Shown: piece by piece, positions 30,476 through 41,009 of the stretch | Position numbering within the stretch: the first letter of the stretch is position 1 | Layout: each line of letters opens with the position of its first letter | Source of the DNA: Candidatus Bathyarchaeota archaeon | GTDB taxonomy: Archaea; Thermoproteota; Bathyarchaeia; Bathyarchaeales; Bathycorpusculaceae | DNA: 64,000 bases | Direction: 5' to 3' | Assembly: GCA_963702095.1 (NCBI GenBank) | Contig: OY969706.1 | Span: 320,001 to 384,000, forward strand | Position numbers and translations under genes: made by a program | The notes under the pieces: generated by a model | What the model saw: only the letters and a program-made list of their open reading frames with translations | The model's database searches: none | Told to the model about the DNA's origin: nothing

Positions 30476-30816
30476 AGCGGACACTTGCACTCTACTTAAA
30501 CGATGTACTTGAGGCAATCGAAAGAATCGAGAGCTATGTAGAGGGATGCAGCTTTGAGCAGTTTGCGAAAAACACCTTGGTTATAGATGCGGTGGTAAGG
30601 AATTTTGAAATTATCGGCGAAGCGACAAAGCATATACCTGTAGAAATAAAACAGGAGAATCCTTTGATCAGATGGAAAGATATGGCAGGAATGCGAGACA
30701 AGTTAGCCCATGAATACTTCGGTGTAGATATAGACATATTGTGGAAAACCTCAGTAAACCGCTTACCTGCGTTGAAACCTCAAATAGAAGAGTTGTTAAG
30801 GGAAATTAAAGAATGA
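30472..30816 (+). CDS. HEPN/DUF86 ribonuclease toxin
   Basis: DAVVRNFEIIGEA, W..MAGMRDKLAHEYFG (R-x4-H); overlaps MNT. Confidence 0.9.
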   Translation: MKRTLALYLNDVLEAIERIESYVEGCSFEQFAKNTLVIDAVVRNFEIIGEATKHIPVEIKQENPLIRWKDMAGMRDKLAHEYFGVDIDILWKTSVNRLPALKPQIEELLREIKE

Positions 30817-30913
30817 AAAAATTGTCGGCGCATCCACGGGTGCAGTCTACGAGTATTTGATTCCATAATAGGCGTTGGTACATACTAAGTTGGGCTTTTG
30901 CCCTTATTTTTTG

Positions 30914-32176
30914 TTAAACGTTAATGGTTTCAAACTTTTGGGGAATGCAAACCTGTGTTATGTCTGAGATTCGCTCGGAAAGCGCTTCTGCCCCTTTGAG
31001 GTCTCCGTGAACAAGAACCGTCTGCTTGGGCTTTAGTTGCCGCACCATCTGCACCAATTCATTTTGGTCGGCGTGTCCCGAGAGCGCAATTTGGACAATT
31101 TTGGCTCGTACAGGATACCTTTCGCCGTCAACCTTTATGTAGTGTTTGTCTTTAGCCAACTTCAAGGGGCTGTCAGGTGGCAGGTAACCTGAAGTTACAA
31201 TTATGGTGTTTTCCTCGATTTCTGCCCATGTATTAAGCAAGCTCAAACTTGCCCCTGCATGGCCAAAACCTGGAGTGCAAATAACTATAGCTGGCTCTTC
31301 AATCTCAGATGTGCGCTCAATGTTTCTTACGTGCTTGTACTCGAACGGTTTTGCCTCCGCCCGCATATCGGAGTTGAATTGGTCTTTGTAGCCGCTGAAA
31401 ATCGTGGTTATCTTGTTTGCCAGCCTGGATAGTACATAGGCGTTGCGTTTGGGCAGCGCGCCATCCTCTATGGCTTGGTCTATTCGCTTAGCCATCTCCT
31501 GGCTTCTATGGAAAGCAAAGGTGGGGATCAAAACGTTGCCCCTATGCCTCAAAGTATCCGCAACCTCCGCAAGCAGTTTGTCAGTGAGTTCGCCTCTTGG
31601 CCGCCTGATTGTTCCGCCGTATGTTGACTCCGAAATCAAAACGTCAGGCTCATGTGGCAGCAAATCAATGTTGCAGCCATCCAAAATTTCAGTGCTATGC
31701 AGGCAGAAATCGCCGGTGTATAGAAGTGATTTTCCTTCGGTGCGGATGCCGATCATGGCGGCGCCGGCGACATGACCTGCGGGGTAAAGCTGAACCTGCA
31801 TGCCCGGCAACTCTGCTCTCTCGATAGGTACCCACCAATTTTTTACTTGATCAACTGTTTGGTTATCAAATCCTAATGGGTCACCTTCCTGCTCATGCAC
31901 CTTAATCATGTCTCTGAGCAAATCAAGCGTTACGTCACGGGTAAGTTTCGAGCCAAAAATAACCTGTTTATTTCTGGATTTGGATAGGCGCAGAAGGCTT
32001 CCTGAATGGTCAAGGTGTGCGTGGCTGACTATTGTTGCATCAAAGTTTTTTGGGTACTCATCGGTTGTTCCCTCTAGTTTTATGCCGTAGTCTAGGGCGA
32101 TCTTGGATTGGTCAGTTGCAACTTCGATGCAGGAGCCGCCGACTTCTCTAGCAGCACCTAATACTCTTATTTTCAG
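30914..32176 (-). CDS. MBL-fold beta-CASP ribonuclease
   Basis: LGAAREVGGS, SHAHLDH, AGHVAG, YTGDF, ESTYG, SGHAD, LVHG; probable CTG start after GGAGTAGGG. Confidence 0.88.
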   Translation of the reverse strand: MKIRVLGAAREVGGSCIEVATDQSKIALDYGIKLEGTTDEYPKNFDATIVSHAHLDHSGSLLRLSKSRNKQVIFGSKLTRDVTLDLLRDMIKVHEQEGDPLGFDNQTVDQVKNWWVPIERAELPGMQVQLYPAGHVAGAAMIGIRTEGKSLLYTGDFCLHSTEILDGCNIDLLPHEPDVLISESTYGGTIRRPRGELTDKLLAEVADTLRHRGNVLIPTFAFHRSQEMAKRIDQAIEDGALPKRNAYVLSRLANKITTIFSGYKDQFNSDMRAEAKPFEYKHVRNIERTSEIEEPAIVICTPGFGHAGASLSLLNTWAEIEENTIIVTSGYLPPDSPLKLAKDKHYIKVDGERYPVRAKIVQIALSGHADQNELVQMVRQLKPKQTVLVHGDLKGAEALSERISDITQVCIPQKFETINV

Positions 32177-32430
32177 GTTATTCCCTACTCCAGTAAAAGC
32201 GGAACCAGCCACTTTCTTATCCCAAAGAGAATCCAACAAATATTAAGGTAATCTTCGCCTAAACCGCTATTTCAGGTAGTGAAATCTGCAAGCTGCTCCC
32301 AGATGCAGCACTTAAGCCAACAAACAGCTTTTCACTCCTCAAAGCCGGCTGCCGCTTGCTTAAGACGACGGTGTGTTTCCAAAACCTATAAACGTTAACC
32401 ATGAAATAAACTGCAATCGAGGCGAACAAT

Positions 32431-33738
32431 TTGGGTCTTCGAAGCTTCATAAGCGAACTCCAAACTAAAGGCGAATTAATCAAAATTGCCAAGCCTGTCT
32501 CAGTCGAGTATGAGATGGCAGGCATCATCGCCGCGTTAGGCGAAAAACCGGTTTATTTTGAGAACGTGAAGGAATCCAGTGTGCCCGTCGTGGCGGGGTT
32601 GGTTTCTTCGAAAGAGTTGATTTGCCGCAGCATGGGCATCCAAAAAGAGCAGTTGCTGCCCAAGTTGCTGGATGCCATCGAGCACCCCGTAGTTCCCGAA
32701 ATGGTGACTAAAGCAGCATGCCAAGAAGTCGTTGAGAAAAATGTGGATTTGACCAAGCTCCCAATTATGCATTACACCAGCCAAGACGGAAGCAAATACA
32801 TTGCTTCAGCGGTATCCATCATTAAAGATTCCGAGTTGGGCAGAAACATGTGTTTTCACCGTTTAATGCTCAAAGACAAGAATCATTTTGTTCCACGCAT
32901 CGTTGAGCACAGAGGCACCTATAACGCGTTGGAGAAGGCTGGCGGCGAACTCGACATTGCCATATGCATTGGCAACTCCACTGCAACCCTGCTCTCAGCT
33001 GCAACCAGCTTAACACCAGGCGTCGACGAACTGAGCATGGCTAACGCGCTGGAAAAGACGGACTTGGTCAAATGCAAAACCGTCGACTTAGAAGTGCCCG
33101 CCGACGCCGAATACGTGCTTGAAGGCAGAATAACCAAAGAAAAAGTCGCCGAAGGCCCATTCCTCGACCTCACAGGAATCGTTGATCGCACCCGCCAGCA
33201 ACCAGTCCTCGAAATCAAATGCGCCACTCACCGCCAAAACCCCATCTACCAAACCATCTTGGCAGGCAGAAACGAGCACAAGTTCCTCATGGGCATGCCC
33301 AAGGAGCCGACCATCTTTAAAGAAGTCAGCAAAGTCTGCCAGTGCAAAGACGTCTACATTACACCGGGCGGATGCAGTTGGCTTCATGCTGTTGTCCAGA
33401 TTAAGAAGCAGGACGCCGAGGATGGAAAGAAAGCCATTGCAGCCGCGTTTAAAGGCCACGGTTCGCTGAAGCACTGCGTTGTCGTGGACGAGGACATTAA
33501 CATCTACGACCCCCAGGACGTGGAGTGGGCAATCGCCACGCGGTTCCAAGCCGACAAAAACCTCGTTGTCCTCTCTAATCAGCCTGGCAGCAGCCTTGAC
33601 CCCTCAGGCGACCTCTCAGAAGGCAAGAAAGCAACCACGGCCAAAGCCGGCTTAGACGCAACAATACCTGTATCAACGACGGGAAAGGGCTTCGGCAAGG
33701 CAGACTATATCAAAGTGGACCTAAACAAGTACCTCTAG
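32431..33738 (+). CDS. UbiD-family decarboxylase; anhydromevalonate-phosphate decarboxylase by context
   Basis: EGPFLD.TG, VVVDEDINI....VEWAIATR, SSLDPS; adjacent to aconitase-X genes and mvk. Confidence 0.88.
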   Translation: MGLRSFISELQTKGELIKIAKPVSVEYEMAGIIAALGEKPVYFENVKESSVPVVAGLVSSKELICRSMGIQKEQLLPKLLDAIEHPVVPEMVTKAACQEVVEKNVDLTKLPIMHYTSQDGSKYIASAVSIIKDSELGRNMCFHRLMLKDKNHFVPRIVEHRGTYNALEKAGGELDIAICIGNSTATLLSAATSLTPGVDELSMANALEKTDLVKCKTVDLEVPADAEYVLEGRITKEKVAEGPFLDLTGIVDRTRQQPVLEIKCATHRQNPIYQTILAGRNEHKFLMGMPKEPTIFKEVSKVCQCKDVYITPGGCSWLHAVVQIKKQDAEDGKKAIAAAFKGHGSLKHCVVVDEDINIYDPQDVEWAIATRFQADKNLVVLSNQPGSSLDPSGDLSEGKKATTAKAGLDATIPVSTTGKGFGKADYIKVDLNKYL

Positions 33739-33740
33739 GG

Positions 33741-34946
33741 ATGGCTATGGAGTTAACACAGCAAGAACAAGCCATGCTCGGCGGCGCTGAAGGCTACGCT
33801 GTTCGCAAAAGCATGGAAATCCTCGTGGCTCTGGGCGAGATTTTCGGCGCTGAGAGCCTCATCGACGTCGGCAGCGTCCAAGTGGCGGGCGTGAGCTACC
33901 ACAACCTAGGCGACGCAGGCTTAGAGTTCCTTAACTCGCTGGCGGCAGACGGCAAAGTCAAAGTGCTGACCACCCTCAACCCCGCAGGCATGGACCTCGA
34001 AAACTGGCAGCAACTAGGCATCAGCCCAGACTTCGCAGACAAGCAAAACCAAGTTATAGACGCGTTTGAACGCATGGGCATCCTCATCAGCTGCACCTGC
34101 ACCCCCTACCTCATCGGCAACCTCCCCCTCTACGGCGAGCACGTTGCATGGTCAGAAAGCTCGGCGGTCACGTTTGCCAACTCGGTTTTGGGTGCCCGCA
34201 CCAACCGTGAGGGCGGACCTTCGGCGTTGGCGGCGGCGTTTGTAGGCAAAACCCCCTGCTACGGCTTGCACCTCGACGAAAACCGCGTCCCAGACATCCA
34301 CATCCAAGTTAAAGCAGAATTATCTAAGCTCTCGGACTGGGGTGCACTCGGCTACGCCATCGGCAAAAAAGCCGAAAATAAGATAGCCTACATCACAGGC
34401 ATCAAAACGGTGGAGCTCGATGAACTCAAAAGCTTCTGTGCATCAGTCGTAACCTACGGCGCTAAACCGCTCTTCTACATGAAAGGCGTCACGCCTGGAG
34501 CCGAAGCACAAAAGCAACCCCAAGAAACAGTAACCATCGAGCAGAGCGACATCCAAAACGCCTACGACAACATCAACGACGACGTAGAAGCCATCGACTT
34601 TGTCTGCGTCGGCTGCCCCCACTGTAGCATCAAAGAAATCCAAGAAATCGCAGGCTTAATCGAGGGCAAAAAGGTGAAAGAAGGCACAGAACTCTGGGTC
34701 GCAACCTCCCGAACAGCCAAGCAACTCGCAGACAAACGCGGCTACACCGCCGCTATTGAGGCTGCGGGCGGCAAATTCGCATGCGACACCTGCATGGCCG
34801 TAGCGCCATTAAAAGGCAGGTTTAAGGCTTTGGCGACGACGTCGGCGAAGGGATGCTTCTACAGCCGGCAGAACCTGATGAAAACCAAGATGGGCAGCAT
34901 GAAGGAATGCGTTGAAGCAGCGGTGACTGGAAAATGGAACAACTAA
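33741..34946 (+). CDS. phosphomevalonate dehydratase large subunit (aconitase X catalytic domain)
   Basis: TTLNP.G.D, CTCTPY, WSESSA, ARTNREGG, GCPH.S, DTCM.V.P. Confidence 0.9.
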   Translation: MAMELTQQEQAMLGGAEGYAVRKSMEILVALGEIFGAESLIDVGSVQVAGVSYHNLGDAGLEFLNSLAADGKVKVLTTLNPAGMDLENWQQLGISPDFADKQNQVIDAFERMGILISCTCTPYLIGNLPLYGEHVAWSESSAVTFANSVLGARTNREGGPSALAAAFVGKTPCYGLHLDENRVPDIHIQVKAELSKLSDWGALGYAIGKKAENKIAYITGIKTVELDELKSFCASVVTYGAKPLFYMKGVTPGAEAQKQPQETVTIEQSDIQNAYDNINDDVEAIDFVCVGCPHCSIKEIQEIAGLIEGKKVKEGTELWVATSRTAKQLADKRGYTAAIEAAGGKFACDTCMAVAPLKGRFKALATTSAKGCFYSRQNLMKTKMGSMKECVEAAVTGKWNN

Positions 34947-35320
34947 AAGGCAGAATAATCTACAAAGGCAAAGCAGAAGGCGAAGCACTCGTCACAACCA
35001 TGCCAATCAGCTTCTATGGCGGCGTAGACCCCAACACAGGCGTCGTCATCGAAAAAGGCCACGAACTCATCGGGCAAAGCATCAAAGGCAAGGTGCTGGT
35101 GTTCCCACAGGGCAAAGGCAGCACAGTCGGAAGCTACACACTCTACCGCCTAAAAAAGAACGGCGCAGCCCCAGCAGCCATGATTAACCGCGAAACAGAG
35201 ACCATCGTCGCAGTCGGCGCAATCATCAGCGAAATCCCCTTCGTAGATAAAATCGACGTAACCAAGTTCAAGACTGGCGACATCATCAAAATAGAAAACG
35301 ACAGTGTCTCGATTAGTTAA
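34934..35320 (+). CDS. phosphomevalonate dehydratase small subunit (DUF126, swivel domain)
   Basis: ISFYGGVDP.TG, GKVLVFP.GKGSTVGSY. Confidence 0.9.
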   Translation: MEQLKGRIIYKGKAEGEALVTTMPISFYGGVDPNTGVVIEKGHELIGQSIKGKVLVFPQGKGSTVGSYTLYRLKKNGAAPAAMINRETETIVAVGAIISEIPFVDKIDVTKFKTGDIIKIENDSVSIS

Positions 35321-36558
35321 TTAGCGCCCTCTGTAGAGGGAATCACTTCTTTACTTTTGGTTGGGGTTTTTAAGGGTAGTTTGTTTTTGATTGGCAGTGC
35401 TTTTCTTGCTTTAGACCTGTGCAAGTAAATTGTTACCAGAATAATTGATAAAACAATAGTTATAGCCACAATAGCCAGATATGTATAGATCAAGGGATTT
35501 GTTTCTGGTATTGGATTAGCCTGTGGGTAAATTGGCGATGGCGAGGGTGACAGAGGCGTTGTGCCGTACCCAATCGGAGTGTACACTTCAACACTGCTAC
35601 CATTTACGGCAAAATAATATATTTTATCGTCTAATACCGTGCTGGAGTAACCTGAAGTTGAAGTCGAAAGGGGTTCTGCGGTGCTCCAAGAATCATTTGC
35701 GGGGTCGTAGACATAGTTGAAAGCTGGGGTTGGCGGATAGTTTCCTGCTGCCCCGATATAGTAGATTCTCTGAGGAGCAAAACGCCCTGTTGTTGCACAT
35801 GCGAATGTAAGATGAGAGGCTTGAGTATTTGTAAGAGGTGGGTTGGTGCCAGATAGCCAAGTATCGGTTTTGGTATCGTAAATTATCATGCAAGGGGGCG
35901 AATTATACATTGGCGATGTAAAGCAATAAATTCGGTCGTTGACTACAACCGTTTGGTCTATACGTGTATCCTGTGTTTCTTCTGAGAGATACCATATTGG
36001 AAGCTCAGTTTTGGCTGTCCAACTGTTAGAAGACGGGTTAAACTCTCCGAGGCGTCCGCTTCTTCCATCCAAAAGATAGATTTTTCCATCCACGACATTG
36101 GCGATTGGGTAATCTTCAATGTCATAGTCTGTAGAGGTACCGTTTCTCCATGAGTCATCCGAAATGCTGTAAATTCTCATGAAAGTGAAGTGTAATTTTC
36201 GCCAGACGCTTTCAGCCCCACCTATTACGTAGATTTCGTTTTGCAGGGTCACTGCTGTATAAGCGAGGTTATCCCCTTTTCGTTCACATTTAAACGGTAT
36301 TTTTAACGGTGCTTTTTCGGTGCGAGTGCCAGTTGATGGGTCGTAGCAGAAAAAGCCATTTCGAAAAACGTAGATTTTGCCGTCTGCAGCAACTGTGCCA
36401 TAAACGTCGGCCAGTGATGTTTTTGGTATTTTGAGTTCCCATGTGTTCTCTGACTGTGCAGAGGCGTCCCTTGGAAGGGTAGCAATCAAGGTTAAACTTA
36501 TCAGTGCAAGCATGAAAACGGCAAAAGGTGATGGCTTGTGTCTACTTGTGTGATGCAT
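35317..36558 (-). CDS. Kelch-repeat surface protein with C-terminal TM anchor
   Basis: Signal peptide; repeats IYVIGG/KIY...YDP..DSW; Pro/Ser linker then TM helix. Confidence 0.8.
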   Translation of the reverse strand: MHHTSRHKPSPFAVFMLALISLTLIATLPRDASAQSENTWELKIPKTSLADVYGTVAADGKIYVFRNGFFCYDPSTGTRTEKAPLKIPFKCERKGDNLAYTAVTLQNEIYVIGGAESVWRKLHFTFMRIYSISDDSWRNGTSTDYDIEDYPIANVVDGKIYLLDGRSGRLGEFNPSSNSWTAKTELPIWYLSEETQDTRIDQTVVVNDRIYCFTSPMYNSPPCMIIYDTKTDTWLSGTNPPLTNTQASHLTFACATTGRFAPQRIYYIGAAGNYPPTPAFNYVYDPANDSWSTAEPLSTSTSGYSSTVLDDKIYYFAVNGSSVEVYTPIGYGTTPLSPSPSPIYPQANPIPETNPLIYTYLAIVAITIVLSIILVTIYLHRSKARKALPIKNKLPLKTPTKSKEVIPSTEGAN

Positions 36559-36956
36559 CGATTTATTGGCTAATCGACTTGGCCCTTATGTAATTTACGG
36601 AAAACGTTTCTGAACTCAGCTATATCAGGGTTGTACGGGATTGATTATTGTTAGGTTGTTGGTTTGAAGTTTTTTAAAGTGCTTATCTGTAGTGTAGATG
36701 GTTGGGGTAGATTCTGGGGCTTATGCAGGCATTCGTTTTCTTTAGTCAGATTGTTTTTATGGTTGCAGTGCTACTTCGAGTGGTGTATCACCCTCTCGAG
36801 CCATGTTAGTACCTGAACCGCACTGGACACATATCGACTGCCACGCAATGTGCACCTGTGGTGCGTTTTCCGCCAACATATTAGGATCCAAATATCAAAC
36901 CTATGCAGAAACCAGCAGAGGGAGGGTAGCGTCTCGGTGAAACCGTGCGTTTTACG

Positions 36957-37011
36957 CAATTCAACTGATGAAAGATTCTGAATAGAGTTGGCAGAGCAAC
37001 AGAACTCCGCT
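36957..37011 (+). repeat. degenerate fragment of repeat family B (3' end), B4
   Basis: CAATTCAAC...AGAGTTGGCAGAGCAACAGAACTCCGCT resembles the reverse complement of 60672-60725 (CAATTCAAC...AGAGGTCGGCAGAGCAGCAGAGCCTCGCT). Confidence 0.45.
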
Positions 37012-37033
37012 TAACATACCATGCCATGACTTT

Positions 37034-37774
37034 CTACACGGGATATTTGCTGTAGAAGCGGTAGATGCTCCGTGTGTGTTCGTTGGCTTTGCGCCGCAAC
37101 GTAAACAATGACAACCCAATCAAGAGGAAGACAGCGCCTAATCCCATCACGCCGACGACAGCCAACAACGCAACCAGCCTAATAGTGTTGAAGTAACTGG
37201 GCAACGAGTTTAGCAAGTCGGTTACGGAGCCCCGAAGGTTGGCAAGGGAGGTTTTTACGTTGTCAAGCTGGATACTTATGGTTTGCAGTCTGCCCGGCAA
37301 ATCCGATACCTGCTGCCCAATCGAACCTATGCGTGAAGACACGTTTTGAAGTTGGTCTGCGGCTCCAGCAATGGGTTGCCCAATCGACGCCAAAGAGTTC
37401 CCCACATCAGTAAAAGGCGACACACCAGCAACTGAGATAGAAGACAGCGTTTGCCCGACACTTGCCACTGTGGAGCTGATTGCGGAAAGGTTGGCTGCGA
37501 TGCTGCTGGTTAGTTGGGTGGTTTGGGATAAATCTGGTAGGCTGATGTCGGAGGCTGAACTGAGGTAAAACATTGTCACCTGGGTGGAGTTTATGGCGTT
37601 TTGAGCGCTTGAAAGGGCGTTGTTGGCTTGTTCTAAGTACCCTTGGACTTGGGTTTGAAGGTTATCGAGGGTTGAATTTATGATGGGTAAAGCGATTGCT
37701 CCGCCAACGATTATGCCTACACCCAAAACGATGCAGATGATGCTTGTGAGTAGGGCGATTTCTAAGTCAGCCAT
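37034..37774 (-). CDS. membrane protein with two TM helices flanking a Ser/Gln-rich coiled region
   Basis: Probable start MADLEIALL; N- and C-terminal TM helices; the tracked 5' extension overlaps a repeat. Confidence 0.65.
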   Translation of the reverse strand: MADLEIALLTSIICIVLGVGIIVGGAIALPIINSTLDNLQTQVQGYLEQANNALSSAQNAINSTQVTMFYLSSASDISLPDLSQTTQLTSSIAANLSAISSTVASVGQTLSSISVAGVSPFTDVGNSLASIGQPIAGAADQLQNVSSRIGSIGQQVSDLPGRLQTISIQLDNVKTSLANLRGSVTDLLNSLPSYFNTIRLVALLAVVGVMGLGAVFLLIGLSLFTLRRKANEHTRSIYRFYSKYPV

Positions 37775-37872
37775 AAAAAACGTCTCCTCAACCGCAGATT
37801 CAGAGGGAATGATTATTCTATTCTTTTGTTGGGATTTGAACTTTTGTTTGCTCGCAAAAACGCCGACGGCTA

Positions 37873-37936
37873 AGCCGGCAACCCCCAAAATGTGCATAAC
37901 ACAAAAGACGCATCCACAAATAAAACCGACCCGCCA
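37873..37936 (+). repeat. degenerate core of repeat family A, A5
   Basis: AGCCGGCAACCCC..TGCATAACACAAAA..GACCCGCCA versus A3 AGCCAGCAACCCC..TGCAGAACACAAAA..GACCCGCCA. Confidence 0.55.
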
Positions 37937-38021
37937 ATAACCATACAAGTCGGCAAAGGCAGAACAACTGCAACGTTAAATTACCAGAAAGTAAATACAC
38001 ATACATAGGTCACGATTTACG

Positions 38022-38816
38022 ATGAACCCAATCATACTAAAAATCGGCGGCTCCGCCATCACAGACAAAACAGGAGAATTAGCCGCAAAAACAGAGATCA
38101 TCAACCGCCTGGCAGAAGAAATCAAACGCGCCGACCTCGACAACCTCATCATAGTCCACGGCGGCGGCAGCTTCGGCCACCCCACAGCCGCGAAATACGG
38201 CATAAAAGACGGCTACAAAGAAGACCCCGCACAGAAACTGGGCTTCGCCGAAACCCACCACGTCATGACCGTTCTAAACGGCCTAGTTATGGACGCATTG
38301 ATTTGGCATGAGATTCCAGCCGTCAGCATCGCACCCTCAAGCTGCTTCGTAACCGAAAACGGCAAAGTCAAATTCTTCGATGAAACCGTTATGAAAGCCT
38401 ACCAGAAAATGAAATTCACACCTGTCATGTATGGCGATGCGGTTCTCGACGAAAAAATGGGTTTCACCGTTCTCTCAGGCGACCAACTTGTCTCTTACTT
38501 AGCCATAAAATATAACGCCCAAAAAATCGTTGTAGGCACCGACACAGACGGATTGTTCGACTCTGACCCCAAAACTAACCCAAACGCCAAACCCTTCAAA
38601 AAACTCAACCTAAAAGAACTCAAAGACTTGCAGCCTAAACTTGGCAAAGCTCAAGGCACCGACGTCACTGGCGGCATGGCGGGAAAAATCGCTGAGTTAA
38701 TCCCAGCCGTCGAAGCAGGGGTACGTGTAACCATCACGGGCGCCACAAAAGGGTTATCTATCTACAGAGCCTTAACAGACCAGAGTGTGTTAGGCACTGA
38801 AATAGAGAAGGCGTAA
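38022..38816 (+). CDS. ipk: isopentenyl phosphate kinase
   Basis: ILKIGGSAITDK, VHGGGSFGH, SGD, DVTGGM.GK. Confidence 0.92.
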   Translation: MNPIILKIGGSAITDKTGELAAKTEIINRLAEEIKRADLDNLIIVHGGGSFGHPTAAKYGIKDGYKEDPAQKLGFAETHHVMTVLNGLVMDALIWHEIPAVSIAPSSCFVTENGKVKFFDETVMKAYQKMKFTPVMYGDAVLDEKMGFTVLSGDQLVSYLAIKYNAQKIVVGTDTDGLFDSDPKTNPNAKPFKKLNLKELKDLQPKLGKAQGTDVTGGMAGKIAELIPAVEAGVRVTITGATKGLSIYRALTDQSVLGTEIEKA

Positions 38817-38817
38817 A

Positions 38818-39921
38818 ATGGCTGAGGAAACGGGCAAACGCAAAGTAGACCATATTCGTATCTGTTTGGATGAGAAAGCGCAGGCTAATAAGGCTACTTC
38901 TGGCTTCGAAGACATCCAGCTAGTTCATCGTGCCTTGCCCGAAATCGATAAAGCCAAAATCAACCTGTCAACCACTTTTCTAGGCAAAAAATTCAGCGCC
39001 CCCATCATCGTCGGAGCCATGACAGGCGGCACCCAACAAGCCATCAAAATCAACACCTCTATCGCCGAAGCAGTCGAAAAACTCGGCTTAGGCATGGGGT
39101 TAGGCAGCCAGAGAGCAGCAATCGAAGATAGCGCTCTTGAGAAAACTTACCGTGTCGCACGCGAAAAGGCACCTCACGCATTCTTAATCGCCAACGTCGG
39201 AGGTGTGCAGCTTGTTCACGGTTACGGTGTAAAAGAAGTCAAAAAGATTGTTGAAATGATCGATGCAGACGCAGTCGCAGTCCACCTAAACGCCCTCCAA
39301 GAGGCAGTGCAGCCGGAGGGACAAACCAACTTCAAAGGGGTCTTATCCAAAATCGCCGAAATCACCGCGGCAATCGATGTGCCTGTCATCGTTAAAGAAA
39401 CCGGCGCAGGCATTTCCGCAGAAGACGCCAAAGCATTGACGAAGATAGGCGTGAAAGCCATCGACATCGGCGGCGTAGGCGGAACCAGTTTCGCAGCAGT
39501 CGAATACTACCGTTCAACCCCTAAAAGCGGCGGCGTACAACACTTTTTGGGCGAGGCACTCTGGGACTGGGGTATACCCACCGCAGTCAGCCTCATCGAA
39601 ACCGCCCAAACCGTCAAAGTACCCCTCATAGCATCAGGGGGCGTACGCAGCGGTACCGACATAGCTAAAGCCCTCGCATTAAACGCTAACTTAGCCAGCA
39701 TCGTGCAGCCTATCCTCCAAACCGCCGTAAAAGGCACAGAAGAAACCGAGCAGAAACTGCGGTGCCTCATCGAGGAACTCCGCAACGTAATGTTTTTAGT
39801 CGGCGTAGAAAAAATAAGCGACCTCGGCAAAACACCTGTAGTGATTACAGGCAAAACCGCCGAGTGGCTAATTGCCCGAGGCTTTGACCTCCAAAAATAC
39901 GCCAAAAGAGGAAGCAACTAA
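38818..39921 (+). CDS. fni: type 2 isopentenyl-diphosphate delta-isomerase
   Basis: RK.DHI, AMTGG, GSQR, HLN.LQE..QPEG, VKETGAG, GGTS, ASGGVR. Confidence 0.95.
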   Translation: MAEETGKRKVDHIRICLDEKAQANKATSGFEDIQLVHRALPEIDKAKINLSTTFLGKKFSAPIIVGAMTGGTQQAIKINTSIAEAVEKLGLGMGLGSQRAAIEDSALEKTYRVAREKAPHAFLIANVGGVQLVHGYGVKEVKKIVEMIDADAVAVHLNALQEAVQPEGQTNFKGVLSKIAEITAAIDVPVIVKETGAGISAEDAKALTKIGVKAIDIGGVGGTSFAAVEYYRSTPKSGGVQHFLGEALWDWGIPTAVSLIETAQTVKVPLIASGGVRSGTDIAKALALNANLASIVQPILQTAVKGTEETEQKLRCLIEELRNVMFLVGVEKISDLGKTPVVITGKTAEWLIARGFDLQKYAKRGSN

Positions 39922-39922
39922 C

Positions 39923-40993
39923 ATGGACATCGCCAAATTCCTAGAACAAACAGCCCCTCAAGTGGACAAAGCAATCGAAAGATACATTCCAAGAAAATTC
40001 ACCGAAAACTCCGTTCTCTTCAAAATTAACCCTCCAGCCTACAGCTACAACCTTGAACCCCTCAACAAAGCCATAGCCGACCCCATCTGGGACATGCTGG
40101 ATCGAGGCGGCAAACGCTGGCGTCCCGCACTGTTTTTGCTCATCTGCGAAGCCTTGGGTAAAGAAGCGGATTACTGCTTGGAATTCTCAATTATCCCCGA
40201 AGTTATTCACAATGGCACCCTGGTAGTAGACGACATCGAAGATTCCAGTGAGATGCGCCGTGGCAAACCATGTAGCTACAAAATCTTCGGACTTGACATA
40301 TCGGTAAACGCTGGCAACGCCATGTACTACCTTCCATTGTTGCCGCTGATGGCAAACCGAGACAAACTCTCCGCTGAAGCACAGCGGGATGTTTATGAGA
40401 TTTATGTGCAGGAACTAATTAACCTCAGCATGGGACAAGCCATGGATATTGCTTGGCACCGAGGCATAGCCAACGCCGGCAAGCTAAGCGAGCAGGATTA
40501 CCTGCAAATGTGCGCCTACAAAACGGGCACGCTGGCACGTATGTCCGCGAAGATGGCGGCAGTGCTCGGTGGCGCCGAACCCAAACTCGTCGAGAAACTG
40601 GGGCGTTTAGCTGAATCCATCGGCGTCGCTTTCCAGATGCAAGATGACATTTTGGATTTAACAGGAGAAGAATTTGCCAAGGGCAAAGGCTGTGTCGGGG
40701 GAGATATAAGCGAAGGCAAACGCTCCTTAATGGTAATTTACACACTCCAAAAAGCCGCCGCCGCAGACAAAAAACGCCTCACTGAAATCCTGGGTATGCA
40801 CACTACTGACCAGAACCTGCGCAACGAAGCCATCGCCATCATGCAGAAATACGGCGCAATGACCCACGTCAAACACGTCGCAGAACAAATGGTTCAAGAC
40901 AGCTGGAACGAGGTAGATAAGCTATTGCCCACGCCTCAAGCTAAGGAAAAATTAAAAGAGTTCGCCGAATTCTTGATAACCCGCAACAAATAA
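39923..40993 (+). CDS. polyprenyl (geranylgeranyl) diphosphate synthase
   Basis: GGKRWRP, FARM DDIED...RRG, GQAMD, KTG, SARM FQMQDDILD. Confidence 0.92.
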   Translation: MDIAKFLEQTAPQVDKAIERYIPRKFTENSVLFKINPPAYSYNLEPLNKAIADPIWDMLDRGGKRWRPALFLLICEALGKEADYCLEFSIIPEVIHNGTLVVDDIEDSSEMRRGKPCSYKIFGLDISVNAGNAMYYLPLLPLMANRDKLSAEAQRDVYEIYVQELINLSMGQAMDIAWHRGIANAGKLSEQDYLQMCAYKTGTLARMSAKMAAVLGGAEPKLVEKLGRLAESIGVAFQMQDDILDLTGEEFAKGKGCVGGDISEGKRSLMVIYTLQKAAAADKKRLTEILGMHTTDQNLRNEAIAIMQKYGAMTHVKHVAEQMVQDSWNEVDKLLPTPQAKEKLKEFAEFLITRNK

Positions 40994-41009
40994 CGGCAGG
41001 CGTATCTGA

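Noticed and set aside
30179-30816. MNT-HEPN pair as a novel defence system
   Set aside because: Standard, widespread archaeal toxin-antitoxin module.
32278-32336. Bulged stem AGTGAA..AAGCTG/CAGCTT-TTCACT upstream of the UbiD-family gene
   Set aside because: Single instance, modest stability, no recognisable riboswitch motif.
37775-37948. 5' extension of ORF 37034..37948
   Set aside because: It overlaps degenerate repeat A5; ATG at 37774 gives a coherent membrane protein.
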